Source: Octopus vulgaris
Lineage: Eukaryota
Direction: 5' to 3'
Assembly: GCA_951406725.2 (NCBI GenBank)
Contig: OX597821.1
Span: 68,820,001-68,884,000, forward strand
Length of the DNA stretch: 64,000 nt
The first letter of the stretch is position 1, and each line of letters starts with the position of its first letter. A program made the position numbers and the translations under genes. Of the stretch, positions 13,297 through 25,233 are shown piece after piece. The notes under the pieces are model-generated. The model made no database searches. It saw only the letters and a list, made by a program, of their open reading frames with translations, and had not been told where the DNA came from.

Positions 13297-13527
13297 TGTT
13301 TCTTTATTACCCACAAGGGGTTAAACAGAGGGGACAAACAAGGACAGACAAACGGATTAAGTCGATTACATCGACCCCAGTGCGTAACTGGTACTTAATC
13401 TATCGACCCCGAAAGGATGAAAGGCAAAGTCGACCTCGGCGGAACTCGAACTCAGAACGTAGCAACGGGCGAAATACCGCGAAGTACTTCGCCCGGCGTG
13501 CTAACGTCTCTGCCAGCTCGCCGCCCT
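13297..13527 (-). mobile_element. Young tRNA-headed SINE with Meta-like central domain
   Basis: 17-bp TSD TCAAATCAACCCCAGTA (13280-13296, 13528-13544), CpGs intact, core GTCGACTTTGCCTTTCATCCTTTCGGGGTCGATA. Other copies at about 955-1177, 1665-1860, 23675-23885, 32070-32225, 43228-43440, 53064-53270. Confidence 0.85.
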
Positions 13528-14775
13528 TCAAATCAACCCCAGTAGTTAACAGGTGCATGTTTAAATCAACAGCAGCAAGATTGTATAAGGATGGGACTAA
13601 ATTCTGCAAGATTCATTTCGAAGGAATGTTATTGATGATAATAGAAATAAATTGAACTATTGCTTTTGATTCACCCTGGATTAAAATGCACTTCGTTTCA
13701 TGCTTGAAACCAAATTTTCCAGAGACTTTAGCATGAGAAATTATTAATCATTCCTCAGATACTTACACATTTCCTATGGGCTGATGCAGCAAGAGTGGCC
13801 CAGGATCTTGCTAGCATGTAAGATTAAGAAGAGATTTCCCCAAGGGCTAAATCAACAGTAATAGCAATATGTCTAAAGTACATTTTGGATAATGTTTACC
13901 ATAAGAAAGTAATATACTTTTACTAGTTTCAGTCATTTGACTACTTCAACTCACTTAAGGTCTAGAGTGACTCACAGCTATGGTAGAAAACAACTTGCCT
14001 AGCATGCCTTGTAGAAAATGAATATGGAAGGCGATGTGAACTTTTTATCCAGTTGGTCAGTGTTTTGATTAAGTAGACCTATAGTCAGAGGCATTCAACC
14101 ATGATCATACCAATGGCTTAAAGATATGTAGGACTTCATTATCCAATGTGTTCTTTTCTTTTCCAAGACAGTAAAGTGTAATTTTAGAGAAATTTGGCTG
14201 CTATATGCAGCAAATCAAACAATCATATAGGAGACCTCTCTGTTGAAACTGGTAGTACAAACAGGTCCATTCTATAAATGCATTTTTACAATTCTATTGT
14301 CAATTTTTACTTCAGATATTTCCAACAGCATTTATTAACATTTGATAAAAAAAGTTTTTTTCAAATATTCACAAAAATTGAAGCAGTAAGAAGTATTTGC
14401 TAATTTTTTGCATGCCCTAAATGAACTAAAGATTTAATTAAGATGTAAGAGTGGAGACAGTTAGTACCATAGTTGGGATTTATTGGGTGTAGAAAACAGG
14501 AATAAACCACAGAACTTAAAATGATGGTTTAGTAAGCAGAAATAAAATACAGCAATCATGTAGCCAAACCAAGCTAACAAACCCATTACAACTACCTAAC
14601 CATACTAAAATGGATGCAGCTATATGCTTAGATATTAACTCCCAAAGCTAGATGAAGTTTTACTAACCGATGAAAAGATAATTAGGTTGATTGAGACAGA
14701 ATATCTTCAAAATTTAAACCCATAGTTAATTCTGATAAAAATTCATATTCAAACAACAGGAGATGATCATTTTAA

Positions 14776-14988
14776 CCCATTAGCATTCAGATTACTCAAA
14801 TGCAACACTTATCCATTGACATTGTTTGGAATTAATCATGCATTATCTCATAGCTCAGATTTCGATGATATGATTATTTAGTTTCAGAACAACATCGAAG
14901 GTAGATGTGAGAGGCTGGATCTGTTTGGTTTGAACATAAAACAGGTAGAATATTTAAGCCAGACATAGCTGGTTTAAATGCTAATGAG
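14776..14988. mobile_element. Same ~210-bp TTAA MITE family
   Basis: TTAA flanks, degenerate TIRs, shared internal GAATTAATCATGCATTATCTCATAGCT. Confidence 0.8.
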
Positions 14989-15163
14989 TTAAAGAAACTG
15001 TTAATATTAACATTCCATTCCCAACCCTCTTTAAACGATCTCAAAGGGAATTAAATGTGTGAATACGACTACACACTAGTTGGAAGCCTTAAGCTAAATC
15101 TGAAAATGTATTTTAAATAGAACAGCAATGAAAATAAAAAAGCTGGTTAACGGCTAAGCTTAC

Positions 15164-15279
15164 CATTTGAGCTATGCCCCTATTTGTCATTATGTAACGT
15201 GCATGGATCAAACCATACAGCATCTCAGCAGCTTGCTCAATCAAATCACTTTGGTTTGGATTATCTTCAAGTTCATCAT
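15164..15279 (-). CDS. CSNK2B: CK2 beta canonical coding exon 3b ([39 protein letters not shown])
   Basis: 116 nt, CAG acceptor, ATG|GTAAG donor, phase 1->0. Near-identical to the vertebrate CK2beta acidic loop and following helix. Confidence 0.98.
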
Positions 15280-16779
15280 CTGTATAAAGATAAATCATTT
15301 ACAGCCATCAACTCTCGCCCAACCAATTCCGATCAACAAACCCTGCAGAAACAATTACTGCGCACGTGTGTGTGTGTGTGTCTGCGTATGTGTAATAAAA
15401 AATAAAACAGCAAAAAAAGAAAAAGGAATTTTGGAAACGGATGCAAACTTGCAAAATTCATATTTAAAAATAAATAAAAAAATAAACACCACTACAAAAA
15501 TTATAACCAGAAATTGCGGGAGGAGAAAATGCACAACTCCTTTAATCATATCTAAATTCTCTAGATAAAAAAAGCCATGCCTCTAATGGCAATAAAATAT
15601 ATTGAATTGCAGTATATGACATTCAAGATTCTCAGGACTAAGTAATTGTCATGATTTTTCTAATCAGTTGATTAGTTATTAGTTAGTTCATGTATTATCC
15701 ATACTTCTTATATCTAGTTACTAAATCTACACCATCATAATCATTTTAACACCCTCCCTCTTTTTTCCATGCGTGCATGGAGTTTGAGGCAGTGTTCTAT
15801 AGCAGGACGGTCTGTTTGCCACTAATTCTCACCCATTTCCAAGCAAGACATGTTTTCACAGAATGACACTGCTTACATGATGGTGACATTCATTTACAAC
15901 CACCACACAATGTCAAGACAAGGACACATGTAATCACATTTCGAATCAATCATTCACTGCGGTCCTGTACTTTTGGTTTTCATTTGCTTTCTTCCACAGT
16001 ACGTAAATTTCCTAACTAAAGTTGGTCTGTTATCAAGATTGAAAAAAACCTTCAGTTGTTGCATCTTCAGTGCCTACATACAACAACACATACATATATA
16101 TACAATGGGTTTCCTTCAGTTTCCATCTACCAAATCCACTGATAAGGCTTCGGTTGGCTCAGAACACTTGCCTAAGGTGCCATGCAATGGGACTGAATTC
16201 ATAACCATGTGGTTGGGAAGCAAGTATTTAAAACTCAAATGGCTTTAAGATCTTGCAATTGGTCAGTTAATCAAACATCTTCAATTTTCTCAGACTATTA
16301 GAATCCTTTTGCTAAAGAAAGTATGTGTGTCATAGAAAATGCTACTTCCTTAGAATATGTATTTATCTGCTACATAATTCTGCAATATCCTAACTGCCAA
16401 CTGTTGAAGCACCTATCACCTGCATCAATTTCATACATCTTGATTAATGGTTCTAACTAATCATAAGCTAGAGGCAAACCCTTCATCTCAGATGCAATGC
16501 AATAAATTATATAAATATGAGACACTAAAACATATTCTATTTCAGCCTAAAGACAGCAGTAAAATTTAGCTGTCCTAAAATATTATCTTCAGATTTTCCC
16601 CCCTCTCCTTCCATGAAACAATTATTAAAGTCAGACAGAAAAACAAACACACTTGAAGGCAGTTCAAATTGAGAATGTCATATTATGCAAGGTGTGAGAC
16701 AAGAACAACAAATTTCTTTTGAAAACAAAATGAACATTCCATCAGACAGGGTCATGGCAGGAAGCAGACAAATTCTTAC

Positions 16780-16892
16780 CATAGTACTGAGACCAGCATT
16801 TGTTAGGATATATCTAGCATGAATCAGTCCATAAAGCATGTCAGCAGCCTGCTCCAGCTGGTCTTTATTAACGCAGTCATCCCCATCATCGT
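16780..16892 (-). CDS. CSNK2B: CK2 beta alternative (duplicated) coding exon 3a ([38 protein letters not shown])
   Basis: 113 nt, open frame, polypyrimidine tract plus TAG acceptor, ATG|GTAAG donor, phase 1->0. Clear paralog of exon 15164-15279. Confidence 0.88.
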
Positions 16893-19223
16893 CTAACACA
16901 AGAAAACAGATCTTCACAGTGAAGAAGCTTGGACAGATACAATGTGATAATAGAGTTTACACAAGCTATTAACAGCCAGCAGTCACACTTAAATTAGAAC
17001 ATATACAATCACAATACAATTTCAGTAAAAATTAGTTCTGAAAACTATCACATTTTCATTTGCTTTGCAATTAAGAACATGACAGTCATAGAAAACTTAC
17101 CTATTTCTTTTGGTTAGTACATTCGTGTTAGTGAAGGAGTATACACTGCCTAAATTTGTGAAGGTAGCAACTACTCTATTCTCTCTCTTACTTTTTCCTG
17201 AATGTCTTTTTTTTTTCTAAAACAAGGAAGCTCATGTGCCCTGATTAGAAGCGAGTTCTGATGTTATGAACAGGACTCTTGGTCCTTTTTAACATTAAGA
17301 TGACTGTATGGAGGTGCAAACAAATTCTAAACTATGGACAAAGCACGTTTGTCCATCCATATATGTATACTGCGACACTAAAACGAAGTTACCTCCCTTC
17401 TATACTATAACTTCACAAACACATGGAAATATATTTAAAACATCTCAACTATATTTTCATGTTCTTTCCCGAATGCAAAGCGACATATTTCTCATGAAAA
17501 TGGACTGCATTTGAAACTAATGTAAAAGCTTTGTGCATTATCACATCCAAGATCTGCTGTGCTGAAGTGAATTAGGAACGCAACAATCTCTGCTAATTTC
17601 TTATGCAAGCTCAAAGTGCAAATATTACAACAGTTTATCTGTGAGAGAAATGCTGACTGATGTCACAAGAAAGCCATCACAACAAAGGAATACAATGTGC
17701 AAACCACTGTAAACTTATCTCCTAAACATAAAATATTTAATGATTGACATTTACAGAGACATCAAATTTATTAGATTAATACTAGTAAGGAACTGTTTTG
17801 ATCTCACCAAAAGCTACTGGTTTTACTAATAACCAGTCAACTGTAATGATATATTTTTATACAACAGGAATAAATGCTGGCTATATGGTTAAGAAGTAAA
17901 CTACATTTTACTGTTCATTCCCATTGTGTGGGTACTGTCAGTGTTTTCTACAGACATGGGTTGATCAAGCATTGTGAGTGAAGTTGGTAGATGGAAACAG
18001 TGAGAAACCCATTCCATATACATGTGTACTTGTGAGTGTGTCTTCCCCTTGTCTTAACAGGTATACACTAATTGAAAAAAAAAGTCATCATTCATATAGC
18101 ATCATTTGTTTACAATATATCCAAGTAAACATGCCAAGCCATTGAGTTGTTCAATGTTGAAGTAAGATGGGGAAAATGTTACTTTCCTCAAAAACAGAAG
18201 AGTGCTGGTAATAGGAAGAGCATTTGGCCACAGAAAATCTACCTCAAACAAGTTACATCTGCCCCATGCAAGTATAGAAAAGTGGAGGTTAAAACGATAT
18301 TGAAAATTGCATCTCTCCTGCAGCTGATGCTTTTGATATTTTAAATCTAATTAGCAACTAATTTCTCTGATTTAGAGAAACCTCATTATACTTGCTTAAA
18401 GTTCAAACTGAATAACCAGATGAATTTTTATCTCCAGTTATAATATTTCTATATTTCTGTTTTTTTTTGCAATGTCTCATGGTCAAAAGTATTCCATGAT
18501 ATTGAATGGTCTTAATGCAATAAGCTGTTGTATATACTAGTCACCACATTCAGAGTCTGCAGTTAAAGAGTTCAGATCAAACTTTGATCAGATTGATCTG
18601 ATACCTATCCTCAGCTGTAGGCTTAACTGTGTCACAACAAAGTAAAAGGGTTTTGATACAAAACACAACAAAAATAAGTAACATTTTAAAAGATTTTTGT
18701 TAAAGCAGAGCAAGGTAGCACCCATGAAATTTTTGCAGGGTTTCCAAAACTGGCAAAGAAAGCACCCACGTGTTATCTTCAGATTGGAGACCATAACTGA
18801 ATGTTTACAACATAGTAGATGAAAAGGTAATAAAGGGTGAAACGGAGATGAATTAGTTCTATTGAATTTCACTGACAAGGCTTGGAACGACTCAAGGCTA
18901 TGAAAGAAGCCACTTGTCCAATGTACTGTGCAGTGGGATTGAACTGGGAACTTCTTAACCATAAAGTCATTCATATCCCCAAGTGCACCTAGTTGAATAT
19001 CTTGATCATTTTGTCATATTCATCATCATCATCATTTAGTGTCTGCTTCCATGCTGGCATGGACTGGACAGTTCGACTTAAACTAGTAAGCCGGAGAGCT
19101 GCACTAAGTTCCAGTCTGGTTGGATGCCCTTCCTGACACCAACCATTCCAAGAGTATAATGGATGTGTCTCACAAAAAAAAAAAACTTTTAAGAATCAAA
19201 ACAAAAGCCAATAGATTGAGTAC

Positions 19224-19326
19224 CTGGCTCAAGGTCTAATATCATATCCAGAGCCTGCCTATAATGAGGGACTTGTTCATTGAGACCTGTTAAGTTGAAT
19301 TTGTCTTGAATATAATCTTCATCAAC
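19224..19326 (-). CDS. CSNK2B: CK2 beta coding exon 2 ([34 protein letters not shown])
   Basis: 103 nt, CAG acceptor and GT donor, ends in phase 1. Contains the D-box-like RQALDMILD and the start of the acidic loop. Confidence 0.98.
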
Positions 19327-21073
19327 CTGCAATAAATAAATAAAAGATTAATTACACAAATTACATGCTAAGAAAGTAAAATAGCAAAGGTATGTATCAT
19401 AGTAATAGCACTAATTGTAGAAATGTACACTGACTCTTTCAGCGATAACTGAATGTATGCTAGCAAATAGTTATTAATAGAATTAGTAGAACAGAGAACA
19501 CCAAAGTACTGGTACTACAATAAGATTATTGATATTGGTATTTAACCCCAGGTCAACCCTAAGTAAGAAGGGAAATAAGTGGTCGAATTCATTCAAGCTA
19601 CAGCCATATTCTTTTCAAGCTGTGTATTTAAAATCACACAAACCAATGTATCCGTTTTTAAGATGGTAGATACAAATTGAAAGAGATTTGACTGCTATTT
19701 CTCACAAATATATCAATTACATAAAAAGTCCTAACACCTAACTTCACAGTAAAATATACAGTCTTGTTTCTATATATTAACAATAACCTACACAACATTG
19801 GTATCCTATGAATTGTGTCAGTCATGTGTTTGTTTTTAATTATCATTGTTTTAATGTCCACTTTTCCATGCTTGCACTAAATTTGTGAAGGCAGATTTTT
19901 CTATGGCCAGATGCCCTTCCTGCCGCCAACACTCACCTGTCTCGAAGATATTATTTCTCCAAGACCAGACATGTTTTCATGAAAAATTGGAAACAAAGGA
20001 CACTGCATGCATAATAGCAATACTCGTTACAGCTATCATATGAAATCTAGGCAAGAAGACAGTAACACACACGTGAATGTGTGTGTGTGTATATATATAT
20101 ATATATCATCGTTTAACGTCCGTTTCCAATGCTAGCATAGGTTTGACGGTTTGACTGGAGGTCTGGGAAACCCGGAAGCTGCACCAGGCTCCAGTATGAT
20201 TTGGTAGTGTTTTCTACAGCTGGATAAACTTCCTAACGCCAACCATTAAGAGTGTAGTGGGTGCTTTTTACATGCCACTAGTATCTACCACGTTTGGATG
20301 ATATAAAATGGGCTTTTTCCAGTTCTCATCTACTGACAAGGCTTTGGTTAGCCGGGGGTTATAGAAGACACATGTAAAAGGTGCCACACAGAGACTGAAT
20401 CTGAAACTTCTTACCTCACAGCTATGCTCATGCCTACGTTTTGTTTACATTTATTGAAGGAGCCATTAACAGTTTGGGAGAAAAATGTGAGATGATGATG
20501 ACTTGTTAACAATGAAACTGGTAGACTTGATCCTCATTCCAAGCTGCCAAAAGTTCCCTATGGTCCTAATTTTTAAAAATGGAGATTCAATGCAGATTGA
20601 TCATGGTTAGAATGCCTTTTGATCATAGATCTAATCCATCAGAACAGACCAGGAGCAGAATAACATCACTTAACAGCCAGTTTTCAACGAGTCAGACTGA
20701 ATTTGTTGAAGCAAATTTTCTATGATCAGATACCCTTCCTGTTGCCAGTTCTCACCTGCTTCCACAGTTTCCATCAACCAAATTCAAGAACAAAGCATTG
20801 GTCAGCCCAAGACTTTGTAGAAGCTACTTGCCCAAGGTGTTGAACAGTAGAACTAAACCCAAAACCACATAGCAATATATGCTTTTCATGGAAAAGATTC
20901 CCAGATCCTTGAGTAATTGCTTAGTGTTTCCAATTTATATTGGACCTTGGATTGTTATACAGCAAACTATTTACATAACATGGCATTTAACAGAGCAAGT
21001 TTTGAATTTTCTTTTTAAAGTTTGTCTATAAATCAGCTGTAAATTGCATTAATTGTTGTTTTTTGTTTCTTAA

Positions 21074-21482
21074 CCCTTTAATATTCAGATTTCTTTCTTC
21101 AATTTATAGCTTATTTATTCACATTGTTTTGAATTAATCAGGCATAATCTTGTAGCTTCAAGATTTCTATGATATGATTGTATATGCCAAAACTGACCCC
21201 GCCTGTGCTGGTGCCATGTAAAAAGCACTCAGTCCACTCTGTGGGCGGGCGGGCTGGCTGGTGTTAGGAAGGAAGGAAGGGTATCCAGCCGTAAAAACCA
21301 TGCCAAAACAGACACTGAAGTCTGGTGCAGTCTTCTGCCTGGTAAGCTCTTGTCAAACCATCCAACCCATGCTGTTGAATCATGATGCTTGTAGGGGTGG
21401 TGTGAGAGGTTGGCTCTGGTCAGTTTAAACTTATAACAGGTAGAATATTTGGACCAGATATGGCTGATTTAACTGCTAAAGG
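21074..21482. mobile_element. TTAA MITE copy interrupted by a retroposon (about 21183-21390)
   Basis: MITE 5' and 3' halves are separated by a GGAAGGGxATCCAGC-family repeat. Confidence 0.7.
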
Positions 21483-23146
21483 TATATATTATTGAAAAAC
21501 CTGCTATATTTATGCACAATAGTGTTGAGGATTCCACTCTTTCGAGCATCATATTTCCAGACTGTGAGTGTCTTTCTCATTTCAGCCACTGGATTGTGTT
21601 CATGCTGGAGTACTTCTTTGAACAGTTCAATTAAACAAATCATCCCTAGCACATATTTTTTAAAACCTGGTACTTAGTCTACATTGCTGAACTGCTAAGC
21701 TATGGGGATATAAACAAATCAACACCAGCTGTTAAGAGCTGTGTATGTGTGGAAACAAGCAAACACAGACACACAAAGTTTCTGCCTATCAAATTAATTC
21801 ACAAGGCTTTGGTTGACTTGGGGTTATCGATGAAGATACTCACTCGAGGTACCATGCAGTGGGATTGAACCTAAAACCACGCCTGCTTGCATACTTTCTT
21901 TTCAAACATTTCCCAACCGCTTGAAAGGAAAGCAAATATACTCATATTTGAAGACATTTTCACTAAAGGATAGACAATATATAAAGAAAAGATTTATAAA
22001 GCACTGACATATTGATAATTTTTTTCTCTTTTTAACTTGAATGCAAACAATGTCAAGAGTAGTGCTGGCTGCAAGTGACGGCGTTTAATAAAGATCAGTG
22101 AAGCACAATGAAAAATGCTGAACAATGGATTTGCTGGACTATGGATACCAGATTAATGGAACTTTTCTGTATACAGGCACAAACTTGGACACGTGACCAA
22201 GTTTGCTTTGTGACCATGTGGTTTTGGGTTTAGTTTCATTGTGTAGCACCTTGGGCAAGTGGCTCCTACAAAGATCTGTGAGTGAATACGGTAGATGGAA
22301 ACCATGTGGAAGCCTGTTATATATGTGCCTCCCTGCCAGTGTTGGTTCATGCCTTCATAACAAAGTGGCTTGGCCTGAACACCCCTGTACATAACTCCAT
22401 GTCCCCCTACATGGTCTTGCTTTTTGCTTTTTGAGCCAAAAAATTAACTTAACTCAACTAGTAAGTACTAGACCAATAAAAAAATATATACAAAAAGTGG
22501 GTTTGATGTGTTCAACTAAAACCTTTTGAAGCTGTGCCCCAGCGTGGCCACAGTCCAATGACTGAAATAAGAAAAAGCTATGTACATAAAAGGTGTTGAG
22601 TGAAACTGACAGCCAGTTCTTAAATTACACCAAGAGCGACCCAGAGTTCTATTATTAAACAGAGACCTGTACTAACACGACTATTTTTAATGACCTCATT
22701 AATTGCTGTTGCTATTTACGTATTTCATATTTGGAAGCCAATCCCAATCCAGGTTGTTTGCTAATTTGGTATAGATTCTTTTAATTTCTATTGGTTTCAG
22801 TACTGCTTTTTCTCACATTGTTATTTATCATTCAGAATTCACAAGAGTTTTAAGTAAACATGTTATTTTTATCTTTTATTTTACTTGTTTCAGTCATTGG
22901 ACTGCGGCCATGCTGGTGGCACTGCCTCGAAGAATTTTAGTCAAAGGAATCAACCCCAGTACTTATTCTAACTTTTTTGCTAAACTGCTAAGTTACAGGG
23001 ATGTAAACAAACCAACAACAGTTGTCAGGTGATAGTAAAGGCATAAAACACAGTTTCCTTCAACCGAGTTCACTCACAAGGCTTTGTTCAGTCTGAGACT
23101 ATAGAAGATGCCCAAGTGATATTAAAAAGGCAACATCCTTTTTTGG

Positions 23147-23319
23147 CGCAGGAGTGGCTGTGTGGTAAGTAGCTTGCTTACCAACCACATGGTTCCGGGT
23201 TCAGTCCCACTGCGTGGCATCTTGGGCAAGTGTCTTCTGCTATAGCCCTGGGCCGACCAATGCCTTGTGAGTGGATTTGGTAGACGGAAACTGAAAGAAG
23301 CCCGTCGTATATATGTATG

Positions 23320-23362
<43 letters not shown>

Positions 23363-23562
23363 ACGTACGTGTTTGTCCCCCTAGCATTGCTTGACAACCG
23401 ATGCTGGCGTGTTTACGTCCCCGTCACTTAGCGGTTCAGCAAAAGAGACTGATAGAATAAGTACTGGGCTTACAAAGAATAAGTCCCGGGGTCGATTTGC
23501 TCGTCTAAAGGCGGTGCTCCAGCATGGCCGCAGTCAAATGACAGAAACAAGTATAAGAGTAT
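23147..23562 (+). mobile_element. Abundant tRNA-headed SINE with internal (TA)n(TG)n microsatellite (representative copy)
   Basis: A/B-box-like head GTGGCTGTGTGGTAAG...GGTTCAGTCCC and tail CCAGCATGGCCGCAGTCAAATGAC. Copies at about 4036-4400, 5660-5962, 10875-11250, 21560-21880(-), 22200-22575, 22871-23117(-), 33725-33890, 35130-35465(-), 35925-36262(-), 47925-48260. Confidence 0.88.
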
Positions 23563-24178
23563 CTTAATTATTTTTCAGTTAGTTCTATAGCTATTTTTTT
23601 TTCTATTGTATTTTATAGAGCAATTATAAATAAATTTGACTAAACTCCCTTTTCCCCACACATCATTTAATATTCTTTTCTACTCTAGCACAAAGCCAGA
23701 AATTTTTGGGGAGGGGGCCAGTTGATTAGATTGACCCCAGTACACAACTGGTACTTAATTTATCAACTCCAAAAAGGATGAAAGGCAAAGTTGTTTGCTG
23801 TGAAATTTGAACTCAGAATATAAAGACAGATGAAATACCATTAAGCATTTCACCCAGCGTACTAATGTTTCTGCCAACTCACCATCTTAATATTGATAAG
23901 TGAATGTATATTATACATGAAACCAGAGTATAACTCATCATACGTCAGGTAGCTTTGAGAGTGTACTTTCGCCACCAAGAGTAATAACAAGAATTATGTC
24001 ATACACAATACAATAATTACAAATTAACTTTCATCAAATTTCTTGGTACTTATAATAAAATAAATATTTAGTTTCAAAAGAAAAATATCTTAAATTCCAA
24101 ATTTCTCGTTTGAATAACTTCAACTACTGCCATTCACTTCCTCTCCTCCAGTCTGATTCAATCTCTCTCACTATTGTG

Positions 24179-24212
<34 letters not shown>

Positions 24213-25161
24213 TACATATAGATGACCGTTCTTTTACTCATTGCCTGCCACCAAACCTCTTATGCGCACATATCCTGCACCTTATAACTTACCTCTCTCT
24301 ATCTTTTTTGCTCTCCTCGCTTTCTCTATGAGGTGTAAAGCATGACCGGAGAAATCAATCAACAATTATATCTGCTATTATTATATCAAAACTCCTTACC
24401 ACCAAAAGATTTCATTGCTCAAAGTTATGCCTGTGGGTCATCATCATCATTTAACGTCCGTTTTCCATGCTAGCATGGGTTGGACGGTTTTGACTGAGGG
24501 CTGGCAACCAGATGGCTGCACCAGACTCCAGTCTTGATCTGGCAGAGTTTCTACAGCTGGATGCCCTTCCTAACGCCAACCACTCCGAGAGTGTAGTGGG
24601 TGCTTTTCACGTGCCACCTGCACAGGGGCCAGTCAGGCGGTACTGGCAATGACCTCGCTCGAATGGTGCCCTTTTACGTGCCAGTTGGTTGCTCTGGCAA
24701 CGATCACGCTCGGATGGTGTTCTTGGCACCCTACTAGCACAGGCATAAGTGCCAAAGTACGATACAAATGAAAAACTTCTCTTATTAGAAATTATTTCAT
24801 CACAGGAATCTCTCGCCTTGCATATGTGTAAAAATGTTTTTTCTACCTTGTTTGGCACCAGGGCCAACCCTGAACAAGCAGACCTATAATCAAAAACATT
24901 ATCACGAAAATCCTGGGTTTTTTTCTCGTTGTTTTTAAAAAAAAATTAACAAGAAATGGCGGTGCCCCAGCATGGCCACAGCTCATAAGCTGAAACTAGA
25001 ATCAATCAATCAATCAAAACTACATTATCCAGTAAGTCATGTTTTAAAATGGGTGATTTAAAAGAATTACTAATGAGCACCCACAGAGATGCGCATAATT
25101 TTTAAAAATATTATTGTTAAACAAATTAACAAAGAATGACAATAGAATCAGCTCTACTTAC

Positions 25162-25233
25162 TTCGCAAAAGAACTCATTTCCTCGCAATCCACAAAACCA
25201 GGAAATCCAAGAGACTTCCTCTGAACTACTCAT
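25162..25233 (-). CDS. CSNK2B: Casein kinase II subunit beta, coding exon 1 ([24 protein letters not shown])
   Basis: Translation matches the conserved CK2beta N-terminus. ATG at 25233-25231, acceptor CAG at 25244-25242 (exon starts 25241), donor GTAAG after 25162. 72 nt, phase 0. Confidence 0.98.

Noticed and set aside
13248-13655. Similar ORFs at 883-1137 and 13248-13655, and the recurrent 'RRHLPKVP.SGTEPGTMWL' ORFs
   Set aside because: Translations of SINE copies, not a protein family.
15280-15342. Upstream in-frame alternative acceptor (TTTCTGCAG) that would add 63 nt to exon 3b
   Set aside because: The extension contains an in-frame TGA (GFVDRNWLGES*), so it cannot make a longer isoform.
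16780-16892. Exon 3a as an assembly artefact or processed pseudogene fragment
   Set aside because: It is strongly diverged from 3b at nucleotide level with unrelated flanks, and it ends exactly at exon boundaries with its own splice sites.
23147-23215. tRNA-like sequences at SINE 5' ends
   Set aside because: They are SINE heads continuous with the repeat body, not standalone tRNA genes.
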